Position numbers and translations under genes: made by a program. Of a stretch of DNA of 24,000 bases, positions 7,234 through 16,225 are shown piece by piece. The DNA is taken from assembly GCA_963815975.1 (NCBI GenBank), contig CAWFJC010000010.1, positions 268,007-292,006 on the forward strand. Direction: 5' to 3'. The notes below the pieces were generated by a model, which searched no databases, was not told where the DNA came from, and saw only the letters and a list, made by a program, of their open reading frames with translations. How positions within the stretch are numbered: position 1 is the stretch's first letter; each line of letters opens with the position of its first letter. Origin of the DNA: an uncultured Actinomycetota bacterium. GTDB lineage: Bacteria; Actinomycetota; Actinomycetes; Propionibacteriales; Propionibacteriaceae.

Positions 7234-8597
7234 GCGCCGAGCCGGCACGCCCTGCGATGGCCGAGCTCGATCGGATTCGTGCCGTGGCAGATGCGGTGCT
7301 CTATGAGGGTTACCTGCTCTATCCGTATCGCGCGACCTCGCGCAAGAACCAGGTCAGATGGCAGTTCGGAGTGTTGGGGCCGGACGGCGCCGACATTGCC
7401 GGAATCGGCGAGGACTCGCACCTGTCCATGAATTGCCTCCTCGACGTGCATACCAACCAGCCCATCGAGGAGATGCAGGCCGCGCTGAGCATCCACGTCC
7501 GCTTCCTGCAGCTGCAGCAGCGGCGTACCGAGCTAGCAGATGATCAGGATGGATACGTTTCAGTCCCCGAACTCCGGGTCGGCGCGGAGCGCTGGTTCTG
7601 CTGGGACGAGGCAGTCGAGGTGGAGTCCAGTCGAACTGTGCTGCTGGCCGACCTGGTATCTGGAGCGTCCTGGATTGTGGCTGCCGAGGCAACGGAGAGC
7701 ATCGAGCCGGTCCATGATCAGAACGGGAAGGCGGCCGGTCGGCTGGTCAGGCAGCGCTGGGCCGTGGCCGCGACTGTCGCTGCCCGGCTGGAGCCCATCG
7801 CCCACCTGTATCGGCTCAGCGTGTCCATCGACAATCAGGCGACAGTCGATGGGCTGGCCGGCAAGGACGACTCGGTACGTCGTTCGCTGCTCGGCACTCA
7901 CATGATCGTCGAGTCTCACGATCCGCAGGTAGCGTTCGTCTCAGTGATTGATCCGCCCGACTATGCACAAGAGGCTGCCCAGCAGTGCACCCAGCATCGC
8001 TGCTGGCCGGTCCTGGCAGGCGAGCCCGGCGAAGCATCTGCTGTGCTCGGTTCGCCGATCATCCTCTACGACTATCCCGAGATCGCCGGTGAGAGCACCG
8101 GGTCGCTGTTCGACGCCACCGAGATCGACGAAATCCTTATGCTGCGCGTGCTCACGATGACCGACGCCGAAAAGGCGGAGGCGCGGGCGACCGATCCAAA
8201 GGCTGCCGAGATCATCGATCGCTGCGAAGCGATGTCACCCGAGGACCTGATGCGGCTGCATGGCACGTTCCGCGATCCGGACCCAATGCCACCCTCGTGG
8301 ACTGATGCCTCCGACCCATTCGCGATCTTCAATGATCACGACCCCGAGACCGGCGAAGTCATGATCTCGGGTACGACCGTCCGGAAAGGCAGCCTCGTCC
8401 GACTGAATCCGCGACGACGCGCCGATGCGCAGGACGTCTTCTACGCCGATCAGTTGGCACGGGTCACGGCCGTCCATCGTGATCTTGATGACGAGACGCA
8501 CGTCGCCGTCGTACTGGTCGACGATCCGGCTGCCGATCTTCATGATTGGTACGGCCGCTACCTGTACTTCTCTCCCGATGAGGTCGTCCCACTGTGA
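7230..8597 (+). CDS. Conserved hypothetical protein, 455 aa, hydrogenase-locus associated
   Basis: GTG 7230 overlaps the previous TGA (GTGA coupling). Acidic, soluble, coding-like composition over its whole length (AVLYEGYLLYPYRATSRKNQVRWQFGVLGP...). I cannot name a domain. Confidence 0.68.
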   Translation: MSAEPARPAMAELDRIRAVADAVLYEGYLLYPYRATSRKNQVRWQFGVLGPDGADIAGIGEDSHLSMNCLLDVHTNQPIEEMQAALSIHVRFLQLQQRRTELADDQDGYVSVPELRVGAERWFCWDEAVEVESSRTVLLADLVSGASWIVAAEATESIEPVHDQNGKAAGRLVRQRWAVAATVAARLEPIAHLYRLSVSIDNQATVDGLAGKDDSVRRSLLGTHMIVESHDPQVAFVSVIDPPDYAQEAAQQCTQHRCWPVLAGEPGEASAVLGSPIILYDYPEIAGESTGSLFDATEIDEILMLRVLTMTDAEKAEARATDPKAAEIIDRCEAMSPEDLMRLHGTFRDPDPMPPSWTDASDPFAIFNDHDPETGEVMISGTTVRKGSLVRLNPRRRADAQDVFYADQLARVTAVHRDLDDETHVAVVLVDDPAADLHDWYGRYLYFSPDEVVPL

Positions 8598-8627
8598 GTC
8601 TTACGCACTGAAGGAAGGTGAAATCAG

Positions 8628-8747
8628 ATGAAGAACATCGGAATTGTGGCGGTTGTGTTGGCCGCCGTGGCATTCGCGGTCGGAGTCTTCGTGGGCATTC
8701 GGTCTATACCCGACGCCAAGCGGTACGTCGAGATGCGGCGGATGTGA
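8628..8747 (+). CDS. 39-aa single-pass membrane peptide, translationally coupled to the endopeptidase gene
   Basis: Below the ORF-track size cut-off. ATG 8628 is preceded by GGAAGGTG (8613-8620). Product MKNIGIVAVVLAAVAFAVGVFVGIRSIPDAKRYVEMRRM is one TM helix plus a basic tail. About 30 of 38 codons end in G/C, whereas the listed overlapping frame (8618..) is GC3-poor here. Its TGA (8745-8747) overlaps GTG 8744 of the next gene. Confidence 0.6.
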   Translation: MKNIGIVAVVLAAVAFAVGVFVGIRSIPDAKRYVEMRRM

Positions 8748-9264
8748 ATCGCCCTCAACACAACGACGAGAAGCCGACCATTCTCGTCGCGGGGGTAGGC
8801 AACATCTTCCTCAGCGACGACGGATTCGGACCAGAAGTCGTACGCCACCTGGCCGGTGAGTCGCAACCGCTACCTTCGCAGGCGCGGCTCGTCGACTACG
8901 GCATCCGGGGCATGCACTTGGCGTACGACCTGCTCGAGGGCTATGCCGCGTTGGTGTTGATCGATGCTCGCCCCGGATCCGGCGCAGCCGGCGATCTGGT
9001 GGTCCTGGAGATCGGCCCGGATGATGTCGTGGTGGGGAGTTCGACGCTCACGGGATGGATCCGGTCGCCGTACTGGCCACGTTGCCAGACATCGGCGGGC
9101 AGCTCCCGCCGACCTATCTGGTGGGCTGCCGGCCGGCCGAGCTTGGCGAGGGAATCGGCCTGACCTCTGCTGTGCAAGGCTCGGTGCCAGCGGCCGCGGA
9201 TGCCGTACGCCGACTTGTCCGTCAGCTGATCGATGATCCACACAACGTCGGAGAGCGGGTGTAG
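8744..9264 (+). pseudogene. hupD: [NiFe]-hydrogenase maturation endopeptidase (HupD/HyaD/HybD family), reading frame split by a 1-nt gap in a G run
   Basis: The frame of ORF 8618..9163 gives KPTILVAGVGNIFLSDDGFGPEVVRHL...VDYGIRGMHLAYDLLEGYAALVLIDA...VVLEIGPDDVVVG and then non-protein-like sequence. The frame of ORF 9055..9264, open from 9025, gives (GE)FDAHGMDPVAVLATLPDIGGQLPPTYLVGCRPAELGEGIGLTSAV. Both halves are endopeptidase-like. One extra G in the GGGG run at 9034-9037 joins them as VVGEFDAHGMDP. Start assumed at GTG 8744. Confidence 0.8.
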
Positions 9265-9269
9265 CAGCA

Positions 9270-9521
9270 ATGTGTCTCGGCATTCCCGGTCAGGTCATCC
9301 AGCGGCTCGAGGGCTATGGCGGACAGCTGGCGCTGGTCGACGTATCAGGTGCGCAACGCAAGATCAACATCGGAATGCTCGACCTTGATCAGCAGGAAGC
9401 CCTCGCCCCGGGCGATTGGGTGCTGATCCATATGGGCTTTGCCGTGGAGCGCACCGATGCCGCCGGGGCGGAGCAAGCGCTGCAGGGTCTGGAGTTGATG
9501 GGTCGGGCCCGGGATGATTGA
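9270..9521 (+). CDS. hypC: HypC/HybG/HupF-family hydrogenase chaperone (copy 1)
   Basis: MCLGIPGQVIQRLEG... with the invariant N-terminal Cys2. 83 aa. Located directly after the endopeptidase gene. Confidence 0.9.
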   Translation: MCLGIPGQVIQRLEGYGGQLALVDVSGAQRKINIGMLDLDQQEALAPGDWVLIHMGFAVERTDAAGAEQALQGLELMGRARDD

Positions 9522-10299
9522 CCGGGCCAGCGGTCCGTTACTGTTCGCCCGCTACGCATTTCCGCCCAACCACTATGGCTATTGCGGACCAGAGGATGCC
9601 GACGGATTCTTCCGCAGCGGCGTAGCCGGCGATGATCATGGACTGCGAGCCCGGGCCCGGAACTTCGATGGTGCCTTGCCACACCTGCAGCTGATTGCCG
9701 ATGCCGTTGATCTCCTCCGTCCGCCTGACATTCTCGATCCACGGGTTGTGGAGGCGTACTGGCTGGGTAGTGCGGTACTTGATCAGGTAAGCGCGGACCG
9801 CATTCGCCCAACGATCTCGGCGGCGTTCGCCGGCCGCTGTGGGCCGCTCTTCACCGACCTGGCCCAGGCCCTCGCCGCGGGAGCTCTGCCACACCACAGT
9901 TTCGTCGTGTTCTGTATCTATCCATGGGTGTCGATGCTTGCCGATCCCCGGCGCACTGCGCCGGCAATGAGAGTGCTCGATCGGTGCAGGATCAGATCTG
10001 GTGTTGTGCTGAGCGTCGCGCACGATCAAGCATTAGTGGAGTCTGCGCCGCTGACCTGGGGCGACGATCGGATGACGGTCGGACCGCTCGTTACCGAGAG
10101 CGTCCGAACCGGGATTGATGGAGTCGGTCTGACGGCCCAGATTCGGGCTGGTGATCAAGTTGCATTGCATTGGGACTGGGTCTGCGATGTGATCAACGAC
10201 GATCAGCGCGAGATGTTGGACCGCTACAGCGAGCGCCATCTCACCCTGGCCAACTCGATGCTCGCCAAGCGGCGGCCGATGGTGGCTACTCATGGTTGA
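9514..10299 (+). CDS. Conserved hypothetical protein between hypC and hypF (DUF6390-like)
   Basis: ATG 9514 overlaps the hypC stop by 8 nt, and its own stop overlaps the hypF ATG by 8 nt. 261 aa: LFARYAFPPNHYGYCGPEDADGFF...EAYWLGSAVLD. Family label is from memory. Confidence 0.68.
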   Translation: MIDRASGPLLFARYAFPPNHYGYCGPEDADGFFRSGVAGDDHGLRARARNFDGALPHLQLIADAVDLLRPPDILDPRVVEAYWLGSAVLDQVSADRIRPTISAAFAGRCGPLFTDLAQALAAGALPHHSFVVFCIYPWVSMLADPRRTAPAMRVLDRCRIRSGVVLSVAHDQALVESAPLTWGDDRMTVGPLVTESVRTGIDGVGLTAQIRAGDQVALHWDWVCDVINDDQREMLDRYSERHLTLANSMLAKRRPMVATHG

Positions 10300-12626
10300 T
10301 GATCGCGTTCGGCGCCGGCTGGTCGTCTCGGGTGTCGTGCAAGGGGTGGGGTTCCGCCCGTTCGTGTACGCGCTGGCCAGCAAGTTCGGCCTCTCCGGAT
10401 CGGTCGGCAACGACAGTAGCGGGGTAACCATCGAGATCGAAGGCTCGGCCGCCGCGGTTGCCGAGTTCCGACATCGGCTGCCGATTGATGCGCCGCCCTT
10501 GGCGCGGATTGACGCGATCACCGTTGAGGTGATCACGACCCAGGGACGGCACGGGCTTCTCGATCAAACAGTCGCAAGCCGGTAGCGGCCGGACTCTGAT
10601 CTCTCCAGACATCGCCACCTGCGAGGACTGTCTCGCCGAACTGGCCGACCGAGAAGATCGGCGCTACCGGCACCCGTTCATCAGTTGCACCAACTGCGGC
10701 CCACGGTTCACCATCGTGACCAACCTGCCGTACGACCGACCTGCGACCACCATGGCGACGTTGCCACTGTGCGCGGCGTGTGCGGCGGAATACGCGGACC
10801 CTACCGACCGCAGATTCCACGCTCAGACGATCGCGTGCCCTGACTGTGGCCCAGTGCTGACACTGCGTCAGCCAGGTCAGCCGGACGTCACCGGATTGGC
10901 CGCGATCAGTCAGACCCGGCGGCTGTTGTCTGGCGGCGCGATCGTCGCCGTCAAGGGACTCGGCGGCTATCACCTCGCGTGCGATGCGGCGGATCAAACG
11001 GCGGTGAGCGTGCTGCGTAAGCGGAAGGACCGCGGGGACAAGCCGTTCGCGATCATGGTCGCCGATCCGAAATCCGCCGCCGAACTCGCGCTGCTCAGTG
11101 ACGCCGAGCGGCGCTTGCTGACCGATCCGCGACGTCCCGTGGTGTTGCTGCCGCGGCGCGCCGATGGGACAGTGAAGCTGGCTGCCGACGTAGCGCCGGA
11201 CTCGCCCGATCTTGGGATCATGCTTCCGTATACGCCCGTGCATCGGCTGCTCTTCGGACTCGCTGGCGACCCGCCGGGACCGCGGGTACTCGTGATGACC
11301 AGCGGCAACCTGGCGGGCGAGCCCATCGTCACCGACGACGGCGAAGCCGCTAGCCGGCTGGCGCCGCTCGCCGACGCCTGGCTGAGCCACGATCGCCGGA
11401 TCCACGTGCCATGCGACGATTCCGTGCTGCGCATCGTCGATCATGATCAACTGCCGGTACGCCGATCACGCGGCTACGCACCCCTTCCGGTGGCGCTCCC
11501 GATCCAGATCCGACCAGCCCTGGCGGTCGGCTCGGACCTGAAGAACACGTTCTGCGTCGGTGCTGGCGGCTACGGCTGGCTGAGCGCCCACGTAGGCGAC
11601 ATGGACGACCTGGCGACGTTGCAGGCTTTCGACATCGCCCGTGATCATCTCGAGCAGGTGACCGATGTTCAACCGGAGATGATCATCGCTGACCGGCATC
11701 CTGGCTACCGCAGTACGGCCTGGGCACGGTCGTACGCCGGCGACCGCTCACTGATCATGGTGCAACATCACCACGCCCATCTGGCATCGGTGATGGCCGA
11801 GAGCGGACATCCCGGTGATGAGCCGGTGATCGGGTTCGCCTTCGACGGCACCGGCTACGGTGACGACCAGGCTGTCTGGGGTGGCGAGATCATGATCGCC
11901 GACTACGGCGGCTACCAACGCGCTGGTCATCTTCGCTATGCGTCATTGCCGGGCGGCGACGCCGGCGTGCGGAACCCGTGCCGAATGGCGCTCTCCCATC
12001 TCCGCGCCGCTGAGCTGGCCTGGGACTCCCGGCTGCCGAGCGTAGCCGCGTGCAGCGAGCCCGAACGGTCGGTGCTGGCCCGGCAACTTGAGATCGGCCT
12101 GAACACGGTTCCGACCTCGAGCATGGGGCGGCTTTTCGACGCCATGTCCTCGCTCGCTGGAGTCTGCCAGCGGATCGCGTACGAGGCCGAGGCGGCGATG
12201 CGATTCGAGGGTCTTGCCCGTTCCGCGATCGAGCGTGCCGACGAGGGCTACGAATTCACCATCAGGGATGATGAGGGAATGATCATCGCCGATCCCGCGC
12301 CGGTCATCCGTGCGGCGGCCGACGACGTGCTGGAAGGAATACCGGCCGAGTTGATCGCAGCTCGATTCCATCTCGCGGTCGCCGAAATGATGATCATGAT
12401 CGCAGAACGACTTCGCACCGCTACGGCGATCAATACGGTGGCCTTGTCGGGCGGGGTCTTTCTGAACGTCTTGCTCACTCGGCTGGCGGTGGATCGCTTG
12501 CAGGACCGGGGATTTTGCGTACTTCGCCATCACCTGGTGCCACCCAGCGACGCCGGGATTGCGCTCGGTCAGCTGGTCATCGGAGCAGCAGCAGTAATCA
12601 AGGAAAGGAACACACCATGTGCTTAG
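10292..12626 (+). pseudogene. hypF: Carbamoyltransferase HypF, acylphosphatase domain separated from the rest by a 1-nt frame disruption
   Basis: ORF 10292..10585 encodes the acylphosphatase domain (RRRLVVSGVVQGVGFRPFVYALA...). The frame of ORF 10716..12626 is open from 10533 and already encodes GFSIKQS...LISPDIATCEDCLAEL..RRYRHPFISCTNCGPRFTI (first Zn finger), with no ATG/GTG/TTG before 10716. It continues with the second Zn finger CAACAAEY..CPDCGP, a YrdC-like GGYHLACDA region and a Kae1-like C-terminal half. One surplus nt near 10556 (CACGGG-C-TTC). Confidence 0.85.
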
Positions 12627-12940
12627 CCGTACCCGGCGCTGTGCTGGAGACCTGGACAAAGGACGGCACCACGATGGCCAAGGTGGACTTCGGTGGTGTG
12701 GAGAAGGAGGTCTGCTGCGAATTCGTGCCTGACATTCAGGTGGGGGAGTACACGATCGTGCACGTCGGATTCGCCCTGCAGCGCCTGGATGAAAAATCGG
12801 CCAAGGAAACTTTGGCGAACTTCGAACGGCTGGGTGAGCTCGAGATGGAGTTCGGTGACGCGTGGGCGCGCGCCGCCAAGGAAGCGGGCGAGCCCAGCCC
12901 CGACATGACACATGTGCCGGATCAGGGGGCGTCGCGATGA
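12617..12940 (+). CDS. hypC: HypC/HybG/HupF-family hydrogenase chaperone (copy 2, with C-terminal tail)
   Basis: ATG 12617 with AGGAAAGGAA at 12601-12610; overlaps the hypF end by 10 nt. [13 protein letters not shown].... 107 aa, longer than copy 1 because of the tail [35 protein letters not shown]. Confidence 0.88.
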   Translation: MCLAVPGAVLETWTKDGTTMAKVDFGGVEKEVCCEFVPDIQVGEYTIVHVGFALQRLDEKSAKETLANFERLGELEMEFGDAWARAAKEAGEPSPDMTHVPDQGASR

Positions 12941-14076
12941 AGTACATCGATGAGTTCAACGATCCGGAGCTCGCGAAGCGATTGCTGGAGGATATCCACC
13001 AAACCGTGACCCAGCCGTGGGCCCTGATGGAGGTGTGCGGCGGCCAGACACATTCGATCATCAGGCATGGCATCGACCAGTTGATCCCCGACAAGATCGA
13101 GATGATTCACGGACCCGGTTGCCCGGTCTGCGTCACCCCGCTGGAGTTGATCGACAAGGCACTGGAGATCGCCTCCCGACCTGAGGTGATCTTCTGTTCC
13201 TTCGGTGACATGCTGCGAGTGCCAGGCAGCGGACGCGACCTGTTCCGGGTGAAGAGCGCCGGCGGCGACGTTCGAGTCGTCTATTCACCACTGGATGCTT
13301 TGAAACTGGCCCGAGAGAACCCCGACAAGCAGGTGGTGTTCTTCGGTATCGGCTTCGAGACAACGGCACCGCCCAACGCGATGACGGTCTATCAGGCCAA
13401 GCGGTTGGGCGTCGCCAACTTCTCGATGCTGGTCTCTCATGTCCGGGTACCACCGGCAATCGAGGCGATCATGACCTCGCCCATCTGTCGGGTGCAGGGA
13501 TTTCTGGCAGCTGGGCACGTGTGCAGCGTGATGGGCACCGAAGAGTATCCGCCACTGGCCGAGAAGTTCCAGATACCGATCGTGGTGACCGGCTTCGAGC
13601 CGCTCGACATCCTGGAGGGCATCCGGCGCACCGTTGGCCAGCTCGAGCGTGGTGAGCATGAGGTTGAGAATGCGTACGGACGGGTGGTCCTGCCGGAAGG
13701 CAATCCTGCTGCGCGTGCCCTGGTCGAAGACGTGTTCCAGGTGACGGATCGCGGCTGGCGCGGCATCGGCGTGATACCCGATAGCGGTTGGCGGCTAGCG
13801 GAGAAGTATCGCGAGTTCGACGCCGAGTACCGCTTCGATGTCACCGATATCGACACCGAGGAGTCGTCGGTATGCCGGAGCGGCGAGGTGTTGCAGGGCT
13901 TGATCAAACCGCACGAGTGTGCTGCTTTCGGCAAGGAATGCACGCCGCGCAATCCGCTGGGCGCAACGATGGTCTCCAGCGAGGGAGCGTGCGCGGCGTA
14001 CTACCTGTATCGACGTCTCACCCTTCCCGATCCTGTGATGAGGCCCGCGGACGCCAGGGAGGCGGCGGGTGTCTGA
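12937..14076 (+). CDS. hypD: Hydrogenase maturation Fe-S protein HypD
   Basis: ATG 12937 overlaps the hypC TGA (ATGA). [39 protein letters not shown] and the C-terminal [10 protein letters not shown] region are typical HypD motifs. Confidence 0.95.
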   Translation: MKYIDEFNDPELAKRLLEDIHQTVTQPWALMEVCGGQTHSIIRHGIDQLIPDKIEMIHGPGCPVCVTPLELIDKALEIASRPEVIFCSFGDMLRVPGSGRDLFRVKSAGGDVRVVYSPLDALKLARENPDKQVVFFGIGFETTAPPNAMTVYQAKRLGVANFSMLVSHVRVPPAIEAIMTSPICRVQGFLAAGHVCSVMGTEEYPPLAEKFQIPIVVTGFEPLDILEGIRRTVGQLERGEHEVENAYGRVVLPEGNPAARALVEDVFQVTDRGWRGIGVIPDSGWRLAEKYREFDAEYRFDVTDIDTEESSVCRSGEVLQGLIKPHECAAFGKECTPRNPLGATMVSSEGACAAYYLYRRLTLPDPVMRPADAREAAGV

Positions 14077-15158
14077 GCTGATCAACATCGGGCCAATCAA
14101 CGCCGACGCGCGCTCTCGACTTCGAGGGATGGACATGTCCGCTACCGCTGCGAGACAGCCCGAACATCGTGATGGGCCACGGTGGCGGCGGGCAGATGTC
14201 GGCCGAGCTCATTGATCATCTGTTCATTCCGGCGCTTGGCGGCCAGCCGGGCGCCCAAGCCGACTCCGCCGTTTTCGAGCTGGGCGGAGTTCGGCTGGCG
14301 TTCTCCACCGACACGTTCGTCGTACGACCGCTGTTTTTCCCGGGCGGGTCGATCGGCCATCTGGCCATCAATGGCACCGTCAATGACCTGGCCATGAGTG
14401 GCGCGGTGCCGGCCTACCTGTCGGCTGGATTTGTGCTGGAGGAGGGCACCGAACTGTCGGTGGTCGGTCGGATCGCTCAAGACATGGGTGACGCTGCCCG
14501 GGCCGCCGGGGTCAGCGTGGTCACCGGCGACACCAAGGTGGTCGATGCCGGGCACGGTGATCAGGTGTATGTGAATACCGCAGGCGTCGGTATGGTTCCG
14601 GTGGGAGTCGACATCCGCCCGGAGCGGGCCACCGTCGGTGATGTGATCATCATCAGCGGCCCGATCGGCGTACACGGCATCGCGATCATGAGCGTTCGGG
14701 AAGGGCTGGAGTTCGGCACCCAGATGACGACCGATAGCGCCGCGCTGCATCCGCTGGTCGCCGAGATGATCAAGGTCTGTCCCGAACTGCATGTGCTGCG
14801 GGATCCCACCAGGGGTGGTTTAGGCACATCGCTGAATGAGATCGCCCGAAGCGCACAGGTGGGGGTCCGGCTTGTCGAGCGATCGATCCCGGTGCCGGCC
14901 GATGTAGCGAATGCCTGTGCGATGCTCGGCCTCGACCCGCTCTATGTCGCCAATGAAGGAAAGCTCGTCGCATTCGTGCCACGCGAGCAGGCAGACGAGG
15001 TGCTGGCAGCGATGCGAGCACATCCGTTGGGCGCAGGTGCCGCGATCATTGGCGAGTGCGTTCCCGAGCATGCGGGCATTGTGGTGACCACGACAACCTT
15101 CGGTGGTACCAGAGTGGTCGACATGCCGCTCGGCGAGCAACTGCCGCGCATCTGCTGA
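14069..15158 (+). CDS. hypE: Hydrogenase maturation protein HypE (carbamoyl dehydratase); 5' end apparently frame-disrupted
   Basis: ORF 14169..15158 reads [13 protein letters not shown]...[16 protein letters not shown]...TGDTKVV... and ends with the C-terminal PRIC. The same frame is open from 14082 and encodes [18 protein letters not shown] with no ATG/GTG/TTG. A GC3-rich frame from GTG 14069 (overlapping the hypD stop) reads [14 protein letters not shown]. It joins the main frame if one nt of GCGCGC (14108-14113) is removed. The conservative intact ORF is 14169..15158. Confidence 0.85.
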
Positions 15159-15325
15159 AGACACCCCTGCCTACGATGGGCCCGATCCGGGGCGTCCGAC
15201 GCCATCGCTGTGCGAGGCATGGCAGAAACCGGCGTGCCGCACCGGTGCATCGCCTGTCGCCACGAGCTGATCGGTGCGAGTCTTGTGCTTGACGTCAATA
15301 CCCGCAGAAAGGCGGACCTACCGGT

Positions 15326-16130
15326 ATGTCACGAATATCGGCTCTTGTGAGGCGTCATCCACTGCCGACCTTCTTCATTTTGGCGTACGCCTTGTCCTGG
15401 TGGGCCTGGATTCTTTACGCACTCGGGCTCTTTGGGAATCCCATTGCCAGTTTCGGACCTTTTCTTGCTGCGATCGTCGTTTTGGCGTTGACGGAGGGCA
15501 AGGTTGGCCTGCTGGGCCTTTTCCGCAGGATGATTCGCTGGCGCGTCGCGCCGATCTGGTACGCGGTGGCGTTGTTGCTGCCTGTGGTGCTGACCTCGAT
15601 CGCGACAGTGCTCAATGTTGCGCTGGGTGCGCAACCTCCGTCGACAGCCCAACTCGGTGCCTGGCCTGGGATACTGCCAACCTTCGCCGTCGTCTTGCTC
15701 ATTCCAGGGTTCGGCGGGGCATGGGAAGAACCTGGCTGGCGCGGTTACGCGGTCCCTCGGTTGCAGCGCGGTCGATCCGCACTCGTTGCCAGCCTGATCC
15801 TGGCGGTCTTGATCGCCGGATGGCATCTTCCTCTGATGGTGGCTGGGCAAATCGCCTATTCCGATGTTGTGTTGATTCTGGCCGCAGTGATCGTCGTCAA
15901 CTGGATATTCAACAATGCGCGCGGCAGCGTGCTGATCGTCATGTTGTTGCACGCCGCGAATAATGCCGTCTCCGGCAGCTTCTTCTCTCCGATGTTTGCT
16001 GGTGCTGATTCGGTCCGCCAGTCTTGGTTGCTGGCGTTGGTGTGGGCGGTCGATGGCGATCTTGGTCGTTGCGATCGCGGGCCCAGCGAATCTCTCGCGC
16101 AAGTACCACAAGCAGGAGGAGCCAGCCTGA
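15326..16130 (+). CDS. CPBP-family (CAAX protease/Abi) intramembrane glutamic endopeptidase, paralog 1; C-terminal 25 codons recovered by a +1 frame change
   Basis: Carries EEPGWRGY (EExxxR), WHLP and LHAANN (HxxxN) motifs and multiple TM helices. After ...SWLLALVWAV the listed frame (to 16156) becomes GC3-poor and hydrophilic. Shifting near 16050-16052 gives MAILVVAIAGPANLSRKYHKQEEPA* (stop 16128-16130), colinear with paralog 2 (RYWLLCIVYGIAAAVAALVLARKSL). Confidence 0.75.
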
Positions 16131-16225
16131 GGACGCCACCGACTCAGGCCAGCTGACCGAGCCTGTTCCTACCCGAGATCAAGGAGGACTCGGTACGTCG
16201 GGGACCTGAGACTACAAGGAGCGTG

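Noticed and set aside
8618-8743. Listed frame (GTG 8618) as the 5' part of the endopeptidase gene
   Set aside because: It is GC3-poor and Arg/Gly/Cys-rich here. The overlapping frame from ATG 8628 has much better coding statistics, and the protease-like sequence only begins after GTG 8744.
9034-9037. Programmed -1 ribosomal frameshift at G GGG A as the explanation for the split hupD
   Set aside because: There is no recognisable heptameric slippery site (X XXY YYZ) and no obvious downstream pseudoknot or hairpin. Sixteen other indel-type disruptions elsewhere make a generic indel far more likely. It is kept only as a remote alternative.
10533-13094. Long minus-strand ORFs (10533..11450, 305 aa; 11943..13094, 383 aa) opposite hypF/hypC/hypD
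   Set aside because: Same shadow-ORF pattern: low-complexity Arg/Gly/Pro-rich products that overlap strongly supported plus-strand genes.
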